A DNA stretch of 64,000 bases from Bacteroidia bacterium (GCA_044353855.1 JBILBF010000003.1:85628-149627), one strand, 5' to 3'. Positions 31,312-42,737 are shown, numbered from the stretch's first letter. A program made the numbers and translations. Notes: a model not told the origin generated them from the letters alone.

Positions 31312-32760
31312 CTACTTTGAATCCATTCCAAAACCATAATAGCCTTTTGAGCTATCAGGATTAATTCCTTCTAAAAGTACTCCGCCTTTTTTATCTTTTA
31401 AAGCATTTTTAACATCAGTTGGAGTGTATACTAGCTTTTTATCAATACTAATGATAATAAAGCCATTGGGAATTCCAGCTTTTTTCAACACACTTTTCTC
31501 GTCAGCTTTTTTCAATCGAACACCATTTCCTATTTTTAATTTTAGACGGTCTTCCCTGCTTACGGTTTCAAATTCACTATTTAAGGCTTTATCGGTTTCT
31601 ATTTTTTCTGATTTAACTATACCAATTTCGCCATTTTTATTTTTAAGTATAACTTCAAAATCTTTTTCTTTTCCATCACGCAATACAATAACCTGAACTT
31701 TATCTCCAGGATTTCGTTTTCCAATTTGTTCTTGTAGTTCAGAGCTTGAGTTGACAGTAACTTCTCCAATTTTAATAATTACATCTTTATCTTTAATGCC
31801 TGCATCTTGGGCAGCACTATTTGGGTTTACTTTAGCAACAAAAATGCCTCTTACTTCTTTTAATCCTTCTTTATCAGCAAGTTGAGCATTTACATCTTGA
31901 ATACTCACGCCTAAAAATCCTCGTTGTACTTCACCATATTTTAACAAATCGTCAATAATTTTTTTCATCAAATTACTAGGAACGGCAAATGCATAACCAG
32001 CATATTGTCCGTTTTGTGATGCAATAGCGGTATTAATCCCAATTAACTTGCCTTCACTATTAACCAATGCTCCGCCACTGTTACCAGGGTTTACTGCAGC
32101 ATCTGTTTGAATAAACGATTCGATTGAATATTGCGATTCGGGCTTGCTAGGATCACGCAACAGATTAAGATTGCGACCTTTAGCACTCACAATACCAGCA
32201 GTAACTGTTGAAGTAAGATTAAATGGATTACCAACAGCTAATACCCATTGCCCAACTTTTACGTCATCGGAATTACCAACTACAGCAAATTGTAAATTCT
32301 TTTCATCAATACGCAGTAAAGCCATATCAGTATTAGGATCTTTGCCAATTAACTCTGCATCAAACTCTCTTTTATCGTTTAGTACAACCTTAATTTTTGT
32401 TGCCCCGTCAATTACATGGTTATTGGTAACAATATATCCATCCTGTGAAATAATAACCCCCGAACCTGATGCACTGCGAGGCATATTCGGCATTTGAAAA
32501 CCAAAAAAATCAAATGATTCGCCTTGTTGCTGTTGATTGGCTTCGATAACAGTTAGAATATGGACCACGGTTGGTGTTACTAAATCTGCTACTTCAACAA
32601 AATCAGGTCGGCTACCTGCGTCTGACAAATTTGCGTAACGAGCTGCATAATTTTCAGTAAAAACAGATGATGTTTTTTTATCATCTAATAGTTTTGTGAT
32701 TCCAACTGCTGCAATACCTCCAAGGCTAGCAACTGTAAATAATAGAAGATACTTTTTCAT
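31312..32760 (-). CDS. HtrA/DegQ-family periplasmic serine protease with two PDZ domains
   Basis: Catalytic motif GNSGGALVN, His/Asp blocks, signal/TM N-terminus, C-terminal PDZ repeats. Confidence 0.9.
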   Translation of the reverse strand: MKKYLLLFTVASLGGIAAVGITKLLDDKKTSSVFTENYAARYANLSDAGSRPDFVEVADLVTPTVVHILTVIEANQQQQGESFDFFGFQMPNMPRSASGSGVIISQDGYIVTNNHVIDGATKIKVVLNDKREFDAELIGKDPNTDMALLRIDEKNLQFAVVGNSDDVKVGQWVLAVGNPFNLTSTVTAGIVSAKGRNLNLLRDPSKPESQYSIESFIQTDAAVNPGNSGGALVNSEGKLIGINTAIASQNGQYAGYAFAVPSNLMKKIIDDLLKYGEVQRGFLGVSIQDVNAQLADKEGLKEVRGIFVAKVNPNSAAQDAGIKDKDVIIKIGEVTVNSSSELQEQIGKRNPGDKVQVIVLRDGKEKDFEVILKNKNGEIGIVKSEKIETDKALNSEFETVSREDRLKLKIGNGVRLKKADEKSVLKKAGIPNGFIIISIDKKLVYTPTDVKNALKDKKGGVLLEGINPDSSKGYYGFGMDSK

Positions 32761-32911
32761 ATATGATAAATGGTATTTTTAAGAGTGGATATTTTAAACA
32801 AATATTATTCCAAATATAACAGCTAGTTTTTATTTACTTTGCACTAAACGAGCCGTAGTTCCATATTATTTTACCTATTATCACTATTTAGCAGACTTAC
32901 TCAACAGAAAA

Positions 32912-33733
32912 ATGAACGTGCATGATAAGCATCAATATTATTTTGAAAGATACTTGCGCAATGAAATGCCCAAAGATGAACAAATGGCATTTGAAGAAAA
33001 ATTGACAGAAGATGCTTCCCTAAGGATGGCTTTGGAATACTATAAACTGAATCGTCAAAAACTACTTGAACAACTTATTGAAGAACACAAATTAACAAAA
33101 CGTGATAATCGATTAAACAAACTTATTTTTTTACTTATTTCGTTAACAGGTATTGGTCTTACTTTTAATTATTTTATTTATCGAAGCCAAAATATCTCAA
33201 GCATACAAAACGAAAAAAGTAAAAATGTTCTAATTCGATACATTCCATTTTTGAATTGGGAAAAGAGAATAGAGAAAAAAAATATAACATCTAAATTTAT
33301 ACATTTGGATAGTAACACTTTTCAAAACGATACCATTGCTGAAGCTATAGATACATTAGTTCCATCAACGGATAGAAATGAACGTTTGTTATCAGACCAA
33401 TTTATAGCAGATACATTTATAAATATTTGGGAAAAATCATTTTTCGACCAGTGGATTATACAAAATGAGCTTTTAGCGTCATCAACTTCTGACAGTATTG
33501 AGCCCAAAATAATGTCGGTAAATCCAAAAGAAAACACCTCTAAACTACTTGTCGAATATTGGAAATCACCTGTATCATATAGGGGTTATTTATTTGTAGA
33601 AAACAAACTAGTAATATATGGAATACCTTTTTCTACTATATTATATGTTTACAAGGACAGGAATATATATGTGATGGTATTACCTACTGGATCATTTCAA
33701 TTAACAGAACAAACTAATTTTATACCATTTTGA
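32912..33733 (+). CDS. Hypothetical membrane protein with anti-sigma-factor-like N-terminal helical region
   Basis: N-terminal charged helical segment (…EQMAFEEKLTEDASLRMALEYYKL…), single TM, C-terminal ~170-aa domain. No adjacent ECF sigma gene. Confidence 0.45.
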   Translation: MNVHDKHQYYFERYLRNEMPKDEQMAFEEKLTEDASLRMALEYYKLNRQKLLEQLIEEHKLTKRDNRLNKLIFLLISLTGIGLTFNYFIYRSQNISSIQNEKSKNVLIRYIPFLNWEKRIEKKNITSKFIHLDSNTFQNDTIAEAIDTLVPSTDRNERLLSDQFIADTFINIWEKSFFDQWIIQNELLASSTSDSIEPKIMSVNPKENTSKLLVEYWKSPVSYRGYLFVENKLVIYGIPFSTILYVYKDRNIYVMVLPTGSFQLTEQTNFIPF

Positions 33734-34536
33734 TTATTCAATTTTATAAATACGAAGGAACAGGTAACGATTTTATAATGGTAGATGATAGAGCCTTATC
33801 GTTTCCTATAAACAATACCCAATTAATAGCAAAGTTGTGTGATAGAAGATTTGGAATAGGAGCTGATGGCCTCATCTTATTACAACCACATACTGAACTT
33901 GATTTTTACATGAAATATTATAATTCAGATGGTAAGGAAAGCAGTATGTGTGGTAATGGAGGAAGGTGTATAGCTGCATTTGCTGCTCATATTAATATTG
34001 CTTTTGAAACTGCAAAATTTATGGCCATTGATGGTGCTCATGAGGCAATTATTGGTCAAGAAGATACAAAAAACAGATTTGTAAAACTAAAAATGAAATC
34101 TGTATCTAACGTAGACAAACGGGGGAACAATACTTATGTATTAAATACTGGTTCTCCGCATTACATACAATTTTTGGAAGAGAATTTAACTGAACTAGAT
34201 GTTGTAACTCAAGCGAAAAAAATTAGGTATAACGATGAATTTGTTAAAGAAGGAATCAATGTAAATTTTGTCAATATTTTAGGAGAAACATCTATCAACA
34301 TTAGAACATATGAAAGAGGAGTAGAAGATGAAACGTTGAGCTGTGGAACAGGTGTTACCGGAGCAGCTCTTAGTTTTGCCTTGTTAAAAAAACTTCCATC
34401 TGATCATTATATCATCAATGTTAAAGTGTTGGGGGGTGAACTTAAAGTAAGTTTTGATTTTGATGCTGAAGATGAAACATACAGCAATATTTGGTTACAA
34501 GGACCAGCTACATTTGTTTATCAAGGTACACATTAG
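33730..34536 (+). CDS. dapF: Diaminopimelate epimerase
   Basis: FYKYEGTGNDFIMVDD and catalytic MCGNGGRC motifs. ATGA overlap with the upstream gene. Confidence 0.9.
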   Translation: MIIQFYKYEGTGNDFIMVDDRALSFPINNTQLIAKLCDRRFGIGADGLILLQPHTELDFYMKYYNSDGKESSMCGNGGRCIAAFAAHINIAFETAKFMAIDGAHEAIIGQEDTKNRFVKLKMKSVSNVDKRGNNTYVLNTGSPHYIQFLEENLTELDVVTQAKKIRYNDEFVKEGINVNFVNILGETSINIRTYERGVEDETLSCGTGVTGAALSFALLKKLPSDHYIINVKVLGGELKVSFDFDAEDETYSNIWLQGPATFVYQGTH

Positions 34537-34612
34537 TATAAATTTAATTTCATTTTTTTTCATAAATAATGGCAAAATGCTTTATCTTTAACCCTTTTAA
34601 AGAAAGCCAATT

Positions 34613-37600
34613 TTGCTTGTTGTAAATTCTCAACCATTCGATTTAGTATATACCTTAGTGAATCATCCTCACCTAGGTTTTTTACTTGAACCCCATGTAG
34701 TTCAAGTTAATGGATTAGGTAATTTTACCCTTACTCACCAAAGAATATTTAGCAAAACGGCATCCTATTTCACCAAAAAAATATCAGATAAAGATTTAGA
34801 ACTGATAAAAATTTTAGATGAAGTTGATGATGATTATCTTTTTCGCAAGTATTATATTGAAGGAAAAAAGAAAATACGAACAGCAGAATTTTTTGATAAA
34901 TACTGTTCTAAAGAATTAATTAATGAGCAAATACGACCATTTATTGAACAAAGAATGAATACTGTATTGCAATCATTAAGAGGCCAAACTATATACAAAA
35001 CAGGAAATGATAACAATCCTACTTCATTGGCTGTAGAAGTAGCTCAGCATAAAGCTACAATTTTATTACATTTTAGGCGAGATAGTGAAGGAATAAGATA
35101 TTTTCCTACAATTAAATACAAAGGCGAACGTATTGAATTTATGTTTAAGGGTGCTCAAATTATTGGCAATACACCAGCATGGATGTTACTGTCTAATCAG
35201 TTATTTGATTTTGAAAAAGATATTGATGGAAAAAAACTACAGCCATTTTTAAACAAAAGATTTATTCAAATACCAAAAGCACAAGAAGAAACATATTTTA
35301 AAAAATTTGTTACTCAATTAGTTGAAAAATATGATGTGTATGCCGAGGGCTTTAATATCGTTACCGAAAAATCATTTGGAAAGACAGTTCTTAAGGTACA
35401 ACCTTTTCAAGATGAACAAATAAGTTTAAAACTTACATTTCAATATGGGAAAGGAAGTTTTGATTATGGTTCAACTCAACATATTTCAGCGGTAGTTGAA
35501 AAACAAAAAGACGATTACGTTTTTAAAAGAATAAAGCGTGATAAGATATGGGAAACCGCACAAAAAAATATTATTGAAAACCTTGGATTAAAAGAAATAG
35601 GTGAAGCCTACTTTGCTTTAAAAAATAGTTCTCATAAGATTATAACCCATCAACTCATTCCACTAGAAACTACAAATAAATATGAGTTTTTAGATTGGAT
35701 AACCGACAATAGCGAAACCTTCAAAAATCTTAAAATTGAAATTGAACAATCTGCAGATCTGAATAAATATTTCATAGGTCAAAGAGAAATTAAACTTGAA
35801 GTAACTGAGCAAAAAGACTGGTTTGATATTAAAGCAGTAGTAAAATTCGGGGATTACACTTTTTCATTTTTAACCTTGAAAGAAAATATTCTAAGAGGTA
35901 AAAGAGAATTTTTATTACCAAACGGACAAATTGCTGTAATACCAAATGAGTGGTTTGGTAACCTAGCTGGCATTTTAGAGTTTTCGACAAGTGAAGAAGA
36001 AATTAAACTTGAAAAACATCATATTGGGTTAATTGATGAATTAAATAATCAAGGTGGTAAATATTTGAGGTTAAGTGAAAAGCTTGAAAAAATAAAACTT
36101 AATGGAAAAGATATTAAAGAAATTGATCCACCAATAAATTTCCATGGTTCATTAAGACCATACCAAAAAGCTGGTTTTGATTGGTTTTATTTTTTAAAAT
36201 TAAATGGATTTGGTGGTTGCCTTGCTGATGATATGGGCTTAGGCAAAACAATACAAACCCTTGCATTATTACAAAAGGAAAAAGAGTTGTTTATTAAAAC
36301 TGTTAAATTCAATAACACACCCATCAAAAATATTCCGCTAGATGATTTGGATGAAACACCACAACTTAGTTTATTCAAAGGAGAAATTGAAGAGCCTAGC
36401 ATGAGAAAAGAGCCTTCTTTTTCACCACAACATGAAACAGAAATAAGCATTCCTGAAGAATTAAAAACATATATTAAAACATCTCTTATTGTTGTGCCAA
36501 ATTCCTTAGTATATAACTGGTTTAATGAAGCACGTAAGTTTACTCCAAACATGAAAGTGCTCATATATACTGGCATAAATCGAGAAAAAAACCCAAACAT
36601 ATTTGTTAAATATGATTTAGTTATCAGTACATACGGAACGGTAAGAGTTGATATTGACATACTGAAAAATTATAAATTTAATTACGTCATTTTAGATGAA
36701 AGTCAGTCAATCAAAAATCCACAATCCCAATCAGCACGAGCAGTAAAACAATTGAGAGCAATAAATAGATTAGTGCTCACTGGAACACCAATAGAAAACA
36801 GTGTGCAAGAATTATGGAGCCAACTTGCTTTTATCAATCCGGGCTTAGTAGGAAACTTACAAACCTTTACCGAGCGTTTTGTTACACCCATAGAAAAACA
36901 AAATGATGTAGGTAAAATGAAACAACTTAAAGCAATTATCAAACCTTTTGTTTTACGTAGAACTAAAGACCAAGTTGCTGAAGAACTACCACCTAAAATA
37001 GAACAGGTGGTGTATTGTAATATGACCGAAGAACAAGCTGAAGCTTATGAAACGGTAAAGTCCTATTTTAGAAATGAGATTTTAAAATCTATTAAAGAAA
37101 TGGGCTTAGCTAAATCGCATTTAGCATTATTGGCAGGCCTAACCAAATTGAGGCAAATTGCCAATCATCCAAAACTAACCAATCCTGATTTCGTAGGTCA
37201 ATCTGGAAAATTTGATGAGATTATAGCTAAAAGTGAAACTGCAAAAGCAGAAGGACATAAAGTATTATTGTTTTCACAATTTGTAAAACAGCTGGATATA
37301 TACAAGCACTATTTTGACGAAAAGGGTTGGAAATACGCTTATCTTGATGGTAGTTTAACAAGTGAACAACGTCAAAAAGCGGTTGCAGAATTTCAACAAA
37401 ACGATGAGATCACCTATTTTTTAATTTCGCTTAAAGCAGGAGGCCTTGGGCTTAACTTAACCAAAGCTGATTATGTATTTATCATTGATCCATGGTGGAA
37501 TCCAGCAGTAGAACGACAAGCAGTTGATCGCTCTCATAGAATAGGTCAAACACGTACTGTTTTTAACTATAAATTTATTACCAAAGATACAGTAGAAGAA

Positions 37601-37714
37601 AAAATATTAGCCCTTCAAGAACGCAAAAAAATACTAGCTGATAATATTATTACCACAGAAGAGAGTTTTATTAAAAGTATTGATGTAGATGAAATTTTAG
37701 AAATGCTTAGTTAA
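34613..37714 (+). CDS. SNF2/Swi2-family helicase-like ATPase (1033 aa) with ~500-aa N-terminal domain of unknown function
   Basis: SNF2 motifs: GCLADDMGLGKTIQ (motif I), ILDESQSIKNP (II), LTGTPIENSVQELWS (III), helicase-C GGLGLNLT…DPWWNPA…QA.DR.HRIGQ (V/VI). Confidence 0.85.
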   Translation: MLVVNSQPFDLVYTLVNHPHLGFLLEPHVVQVNGLGNFTLTHQRIFSKTASYFTKKISDKDLELIKILDEVDDDYLFRKYYIEGKKKIRTAEFFDKYCSKELINEQIRPFIEQRMNTVLQSLRGQTIYKTGNDNNPTSLAVEVAQHKATILLHFRRDSEGIRYFPTIKYKGERIEFMFKGAQIIGNTPAWMLLSNQLFDFEKDIDGKKLQPFLNKRFIQIPKAQEETYFKKFVTQLVEKYDVYAEGFNIVTEKSFGKTVLKVQPFQDEQISLKLTFQYGKGSFDYGSTQHISAVVEKQKDDYVFKRIKRDKIWETAQKNIIENLGLKEIGEAYFALKNSSHKIITHQLIPLETTNKYEFLDWITDNSETFKNLKIEIEQSADLNKYFIGQREIKLEVTEQKDWFDIKAVVKFGDYTFSFLTLKENILRGKREFLLPNGQIAVIPNEWFGNLAGILEFSTSEEEIKLEKHHIGLIDELNNQGGKYLRLSEKLEKIKLNGKDIKEIDPPINFHGSLRPYQKAGFDWFYFLKLNGFGGCLADDMGLGKTIQTLALLQKEKELFIKTVKFNNTPIKNIPLDDLDETPQLSLFKGEIEEPSMRKEPSFSPQHETEISIPEELKTYIKTSLIVVPNSLVYNWFNEARKFTPNMKVLIYTGINREKNPNIFVKYDLVISTYGTVRVDIDILKNYKFNYVILDESQSIKNPQSQSARAVKQLRAINRLVLTGTPIENSVQELWSQLAFINPGLVGNLQTFTERFVTPIEKQNDVGKMKQLKAIIKPFVLRRTKDQVAEELPPKIEQVVYCNMTEEQAEAYETVKSYFRNEILKSIKEMGLAKSHLALLAGLTKLRQIANHPKLTNPDFVGQSGKFDEIIAKSETAKAEGHKVLLFSQFVKQLDIYKHYFDEKGWKYAYLDGSLTSEQRQKAVAEFQQNDEITYFLISLKAGGLGLNLTKADYVFIIDPWWNPAVERQAVDRSHRIGQTRTVFNYKFITKDTVEEKILALQERKKILADNIITTEESFIKSIDVDEILEMLS

Positions 37715-37747
37715 CAATTCCAACTCTATTATTAAATCAAAACAAAA

Positions 37748-38407
37748 TTGAAAACACTTCTCAAACTTCCAACTTGTAAGGCTGTAATTTTTGATATGGA
37801 TGGATTACTCATTGATTCGGAACCATATTGGAAACTTGCAGAGAAAAAAATTTTTGGGGTATTGGGACTTAACCTTACCGATGAATTATTAAAACAAGTA
37901 ATGGGTTTTAGGTTAAGTGAAGTAGTAACCCATTGGTACGAATATCAACCATGGTCAAATCCTAATTTTACACAAACCGAAAAGGATATATTGGATTGTG
38001 TAAAAGAGATGATTGTAGAAAACGCACAAGCACTTGCAGGGGTTTATTCATTATTGGATGAACTCAAACAGCAAAATATTCCAATGGCATTAGCATCCTC
38101 ATCGGCAATGAGCTTAATTGAAGCAGTTGTAGATAAGTTAAACATACGTAACTATTTTCAATTATTGTGGTCTGCCGAATACGAACCTTTTGGCAAACCA
38201 CATCCTGCCATTTTTATTACAACGGCTCAAAAATTAGGTGTATTACCTTCACAATGTTTGGTATTTGAAGACTCTGTAAACGGTGTTATTGCTGCAAAAG
38301 CTGCACGCATGAAATGTATTGCAGTACCAGACATTACATCTTTAAACGACCCTCGTTTTGCCATTGCCGATATTACTGTTAACAGTTTGTTAGAGGTAAA
38401 AGTATAA
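37748..38407 (+). CDS. HAD-superfamily hydrolase (beta-phosphoglucomutase/sugar-phosphatase-like, subfamily IA)
   Basis: Motif I VIFDMDGLLIDSE, motif III K…, motif IV FEDSVNGV. Confidence 0.8.
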   Translation: MKTLLKLPTCKAVIFDMDGLLIDSEPYWKLAEKKIFGVLGLNLTDELLKQVMGFRLSEVVTHWYEYQPWSNPNFTQTEKDILDCVKEMIVENAQALAGVYSLLDELKQQNIPMALASSSAMSLIEAVVDKLNIRNYFQLLWSAEYEPFGKPHPAIFITTAQKLGVLPSQCLVFEDSVNGVIAAKAARMKCIAVPDITSLNDPRFAIADITVNSLLEVKV

Positions 38408-38502
38408 CGTTAGTTAAATAAGCGATTACATAAACAGTAAACTCCGCGTGATTTTCATATCTTGCGGGCTCTTTTCCTATACAATTAAATTCAAACAACA
38501 AC

Positions 38503-39732
38503 ATGAAGTTGGTAAACAACAATTACGTTGCAGGCAATGTGAAACTGCTAGATGTGGCCGAAGAATTTGGCACACCCGTTTATATGTATGATGCAAACAC
38601 AATAATTGAAAAATATACCCAATTAAAAAATGCTTTTAAACCCCTTAATGTAAAGTTGAAATATGCTTGCAAAGCATTGAACAATACAACTATTTTAAAG
38701 CTTCTCAAAAATGAAGGTTCTGGCTTAGATACAGTTTCGATAAACGAAGTGCATTTGGGATTACGTGCAGGATTTAGTCCTACTGATATCATTTTTACTC
38801 CTAATTGTGTAAGTTTTGATGAAATAAAACAAGCAGTAGCATTGGGCGTACATATTAATATTGATAATATTAGCATACTAGAGCAATTTGGACTAGAATA
38901 TGGCAACAAAGTACCTTGTTGTATTCGATTAAATCCACATATTATGGCAGGTGGAAATGCAAAAATATCAACTGGTCATATTGATTCAAAATTTGGCGTT
39001 TCAATTTACCAATTGCGCCATGTTTTGCGTGTGGTGAATTCAAGCAATATACATGTAAATGGATTGCATATGCATACAGGTTCTGATATTTTGGATGCTG
39101 GTGTGTTTTTACAAGGGGCCGAAATTTTATTTGATGCAGCTAAAGATTTTCCTGACTTAACCTTTATTGATTTTGGTAGTGGATTTAAAGTAGCCTACAA
39201 AGAAGGTGATATTACAACTGATGTTGAAGAATTAGGAAGTGCCATAACACAGCGATTTATTGAATTTACCAAGGAGTATGGCAGAGATTTAGAATTATGG
39301 TTTGAGCCGGGTAAATATATTGTGAGTGAATCGGGGCATTTTTTGGTCAAAACAAATGTAATTAAACAAACTACTGCAACAGTTTTTATTGGTGTAGATT
39401 CTGGCTTAAATCATTTAATACGCCCCATGTTATATGATGCATACCATACCATAGTAAACATTTCAAATCCTGATGGGAAACAACGTATTTATACCGTAGT
39501 TGGAAATATTTGCGAAACCGATACATTTGGCTGGGACCGTAAAATTACCGAAACAAAAGAAGGCGATATTTTATGTTTTAAAAATGCTGGAGCCTATGGA
39601 ATTACTATGGCTTCAAATTATAATGCTCGTTTTAGACCTGCCGAAGTGTTAATTTATAAAGATAAAGCACACCTTATTCGTAAACGTGAAACAATGGAAG
39701 ATTTGGTGAGAAATGAAGTGGATATACTGTAA
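38503..39732 (+). CDS. lysA: Diaminopimelate decarboxylase (PLP-dependent, Orn/DAP/Arg decarboxylase family)
   Basis: TPVYMYD N-terminal block, PLP-lysine region KYACKALNN, GxGF and C-terminal CETD blocks. Confidence 0.8.
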   Translation: MKLVNNNYVAGNVKLLDVAEEFGTPVYMYDANTIIEKYTQLKNAFKPLNVKLKYACKALNNTTILKLLKNEGSGLDTVSINEVHLGLRAGFSPTDIIFTPNCVSFDEIKQAVALGVHINIDNISILEQFGLEYGNKVPCCIRLNPHIMAGGNAKISTGHIDSKFGVSIYQLRHVLRVVNSSNIHVNGLHMHTGSDILDAGVFLQGAEILFDAAKDFPDLTFIDFGSGFKVAYKEGDITTDVEELGSAITQRFIEFTKEYGRDLELWFEPGKYIVSESGHFLVKTNVIKQTTATVFIGVDSGLNHLIRPMLYDAYHTIVNISNPDGKQRIYTVVGNICETDTFGWDRKITETKEGDILCFKNAGAYGITMASNYNARFRPAEVLIYKDKAHLIRKRETMEDLVRNEVDIL

Positions 39733-39910
39733 AAAATAGTAGGCAATAAAGAAAATAAGCAACAGGCAATTATTGTGTAAATGAGGAGATGTGTATATAG
39801 AATTATTTCTTTATTATCTCTGTTAAAAAAATAAGAATGAGTACACTAATTGAAACTTAAATATAAAGTTACAACTTAAGGCACTAAGCTAACAGTAAAA
39901 ACAAAAACGC

Positions 39911-41971
39911 ATGAAAAAACTAACCACACTTTTACTTGGAATATTAACTCTATCAGTAATGGCGCAAAGCAAACAAAAACTTACCCCCGAATTGTTATTT
40001 AAGTTAGGTAGAGTTAACAATCCACAACTTTCGCCTAATGGAAAACAACTTATTTATGAGGTAAAAAACTACGATTTAGCTACCAATAAGGGAACCAATA
40101 TTGTATATGCCATTGCTTTTCCTAGCGGCAAACCTATTGCTATTAGTGAAGCAACGCAAAATGCATTTGATGTACAGTGGAGACCCGATGGTCAAAAAAT
40201 AGCTTACTTAAGTTCGGAAAGTGGTAGCGTTCAGCTATGGGAAATGGATATTGATGGCAAAAACAAAACACAAGTTTCGGATATCGTTACGGGTGTGAAT
40301 GCATACAAATATGCACCTACCCTCACCCATATTGCTTATGCTACCGATGTAAAATTAGACCAAACACCAGCTGAAATTTATCCTGATTTACCTTTTACCA
40401 AAGATGCCAGAATTATAGACGGATTATTTTACCGCCACTGGGATAGTTGGCATGATTACGCATACAGCCATTTATTTATTGTTGGATATACCAATGGAAA
40501 AATAACAGGCGATGCAACCGATATTATGATGGACGAAAAGTTTGATGCACCGCTACAACCTTTTGGCGGTTCGGAACAATTTAACTGGAATAACGAAGGA
40601 AAAAAATTAGCCTATTCTTCGCGAAAACTAACGGGAACTGCTGAAGCAGTGAGCACCAATGCAAATATTTATATTTACAATATTGAAACCAAACATACTT
40701 TTAACCTAACCGAAAGCAATGTTGGTTATGATATCAATCCTGCTTTTAGTCCGGATGGAAAAAAAATTGCTTGGCAAAGTATGAAACGTGCAGGCAACGA
40801 ATCGGACAGAAACCGTTTGATGGTGTGTTATGCTGATAGCAAAGCAATCATTGATGCTACAAAAGATTTTGATTATCCTGTAAATTCATTTCAATGGAAT
40901 AACAACAACCAACTTTATTTCGTAGCCGAATACCAAGGAACACAAAACATCTTTTACACACAAGAAGCTGCTGGCAAAGCTGGATTTTATTTCCCTGAAG
41001 TAAAACAAGTAACAAAAGGCGATCACGACTACCAAGGATTTTCGTTGGTAAACCCTGACAAAAAAACGTTTATACTCATTGGTTCGAAACAAACTATGAG
41101 CATGCCAACAGAGTTATTTACCCTAACCAACAAAGGAATAGAAACCCAACTTACCTTTACCAATAAAACAATTACTGATAATATTGAATGGGGCAAAGTT
41201 GAAAAACGAATGATACCCTCAACAGATGGAAAACAAATTTTAACTTGGGTAATTTATCCTCCCAATTTTAATCCCAACAAACAATACCCAACATTATTGT
41301 ATTGCCAAGGCGGACCACAAAGTATGGTGAGTCAGTTTTTTTCATACCGTTGGAATTTCCAATTGATGGCTAATAATGGTTATATAGTTGTAGCTCCAAA
41401 CAGACGTGGAACAACAGGATTTGGACAAGAGTGGACAGACCAAATAATGGGTGATTATGGTGGCCAATGTATGAAAGATTATTTGAGTGCAATAGATGAG
41501 GTATCTAAAGAACCCTATATAGCTAAAGATAGAAGAGCTGCTGTAGGAGCTAGTTTTGGAGGGTACTCAGTGTATTGGTTAGCAGGCAATCATCAAGGCA
41601 GGTTTGCAACTTTTATAGCACATTGTGGTATGTTTAATATGGAAAGTTGGTATGGTACTACCGAAGAATTATTTTTTGCCAACAACGATAATAAAGGACC
41701 GTATTGGCAACAACCTACTCCCAAAAATTTTAATGCATCGCCACATAAATTTGTGCAAAACTGGAATACACCCATGCTTGTCATTCACAACGAAAAAGAT
41801 TTCCGCGTGCCACTAGGACAAGGTATGGAAGCATTTACAGCAGCGCAATTAAAAGGTATTAAAAGTCGTTTCTTATATTTCCCTGACGAAAACCATTGGG
41901 TAACCAAACCGCAAAACAGCGTATTGTGGCAACGCGTTTATTTTGATTGGTTGGATTCCTATTTAAAATAA
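39911..41971 (+). CDS. S9-family serine peptidase (prolyl oligopeptidase/dipeptidyl-peptidase-like) with N-terminal beta-propeller
   Basis: Signal peptide, WD/TolB-like propeller repeats, nucleophile GASFGGY, C-terminal Asp/His blocks. Confidence 0.85.
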   Translation: MKKLTTLLLGILTLSVMAQSKQKLTPELLFKLGRVNNPQLSPNGKQLIYEVKNYDLATNKGTNIVYAIAFPSGKPIAISEATQNAFDVQWRPDGQKIAYLSSESGSVQLWEMDIDGKNKTQVSDIVTGVNAYKYAPTLTHIAYATDVKLDQTPAEIYPDLPFTKDARIIDGLFYRHWDSWHDYAYSHLFIVGYTNGKITGDATDIMMDEKFDAPLQPFGGSEQFNWNNEGKKLAYSSRKLTGTAEAVSTNANIYIYNIETKHTFNLTESNVGYDINPAFSPDGKKIAWQSMKRAGNESDRNRLMVCYADSKAIIDATKDFDYPVNSFQWNNNNQLYFVAEYQGTQNIFYTQEAAGKAGFYFPEVKQVTKGDHDYQGFSLVNPDKKTFILIGSKQTMSMPTELFTLTNKGIETQLTFTNKTITDNIEWGKVEKRMIPSTDGKQILTWVIYPPNFNPNKQYPTLLYCQGGPQSMVSQFFSYRWNFQLMANNGYIVVAPNRRGTTGFGQEWTDQIMGDYGGQCMKDYLSAIDEVSKEPYIAKDRRAAVGASFGGYSVYWLAGNHQGRFATFIAHCGMFNMESWYGTTEELFFANNDNKGPYWQQPTPKNFNASPHKFVQNWNTPMLVIHNEKDFRVPLGQGMEAFTAAQLKGIKSRFLYFPDENHWVTKPQNSVLWQRVYFDWLDSYLK

Positions 41972-41976
41972 TAACA

Positions 41977-42732
41977 ATGAAAAAAATAGCTGTTGGTTTA
42001 AGTTTAATCATATTATCTGTTACTATATTTTCGTGTAGCAAGGATGAATTGAACGAGGTATTTGGATCAGTTCCAACAGGTATTACAAATGAAGAAGTGA
42101 TAGCAGGATTGCGCGAAGCGTTAAATGTAGGAACAGATACATCAGTAACTGTTCTGAACAAAGTAGATGGCTATTTTAGAGATGAAGCAGTAAAAATTTT
42201 GTTGCCAACAGAAGCACAAGTAATGTATGCTAATATTAGCAAAGTGCCTGGACTTAGCGAACTTATTTTACCCTTAATGGATAACACCATTTTGGCCATG
42301 AACAGAGCAGCCGAAGATGCAGCAACCGAAGCCAAACCTATATTTGTAAATGCCATAAAAGGGATTACTATAAGCGATGGATTTACTATTTTAAATGGTT
42401 CGGACACTTCAGCTACAACCTATTTAAGAGATGAAACATATGATTCGTTGTATCAAAAATTTCAACCTAAAATTGATGCTTCACTTGTTAAACCCTTGTT
42501 AGCTGGAGTCTCCGCTCAAAGTATTTATGCGAGTTTGATTAGTGCATACAATAATGCTTCGCTTAATGGGCTTTTATTTGATAAAGTTTCAACCAACTCG
42601 CTCAGCGCACATGTAACCCAAAAAGGATTAAACGGTTTATTTTTAAAAGTAGCCGATCATGAAAAGCAAATCCGTAAAGACCCTATTGCACAAGTAACCG
42701 AGCTACTCAAAAAAGTGTTTGGTAAAAAATAA
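41977..42732 (+). CDS. Lipoprotein, DUF4197-like
   Basis: Lipobox LSVTIFSC at N-terminus; helical soluble domain. Start set at the internal MKKIAV. Confidence 0.55.
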   Translation: MKKIAVGLSLIILSVTIFSCSKDELNEVFGSVPTGITNEEVIAGLREALNVGTDTSVTVLNKVDGYFRDEAVKILLPTEAQVMYANISKVPGLSELILPLMDNTILAMNRAAEDAATEAKPIFVNAIKGITISDGFTILNGSDTSATTYLRDETYDSLYQKFQPKIDASLVKPLLAGVSAQSIYASLISAYNNASLNGLLFDKVSTNSLSAHVTQKGLNGLFLKVADHEKQIRKDPIAQVTELLKKVFGKK

Positions 42733-42737
42733 TTATC

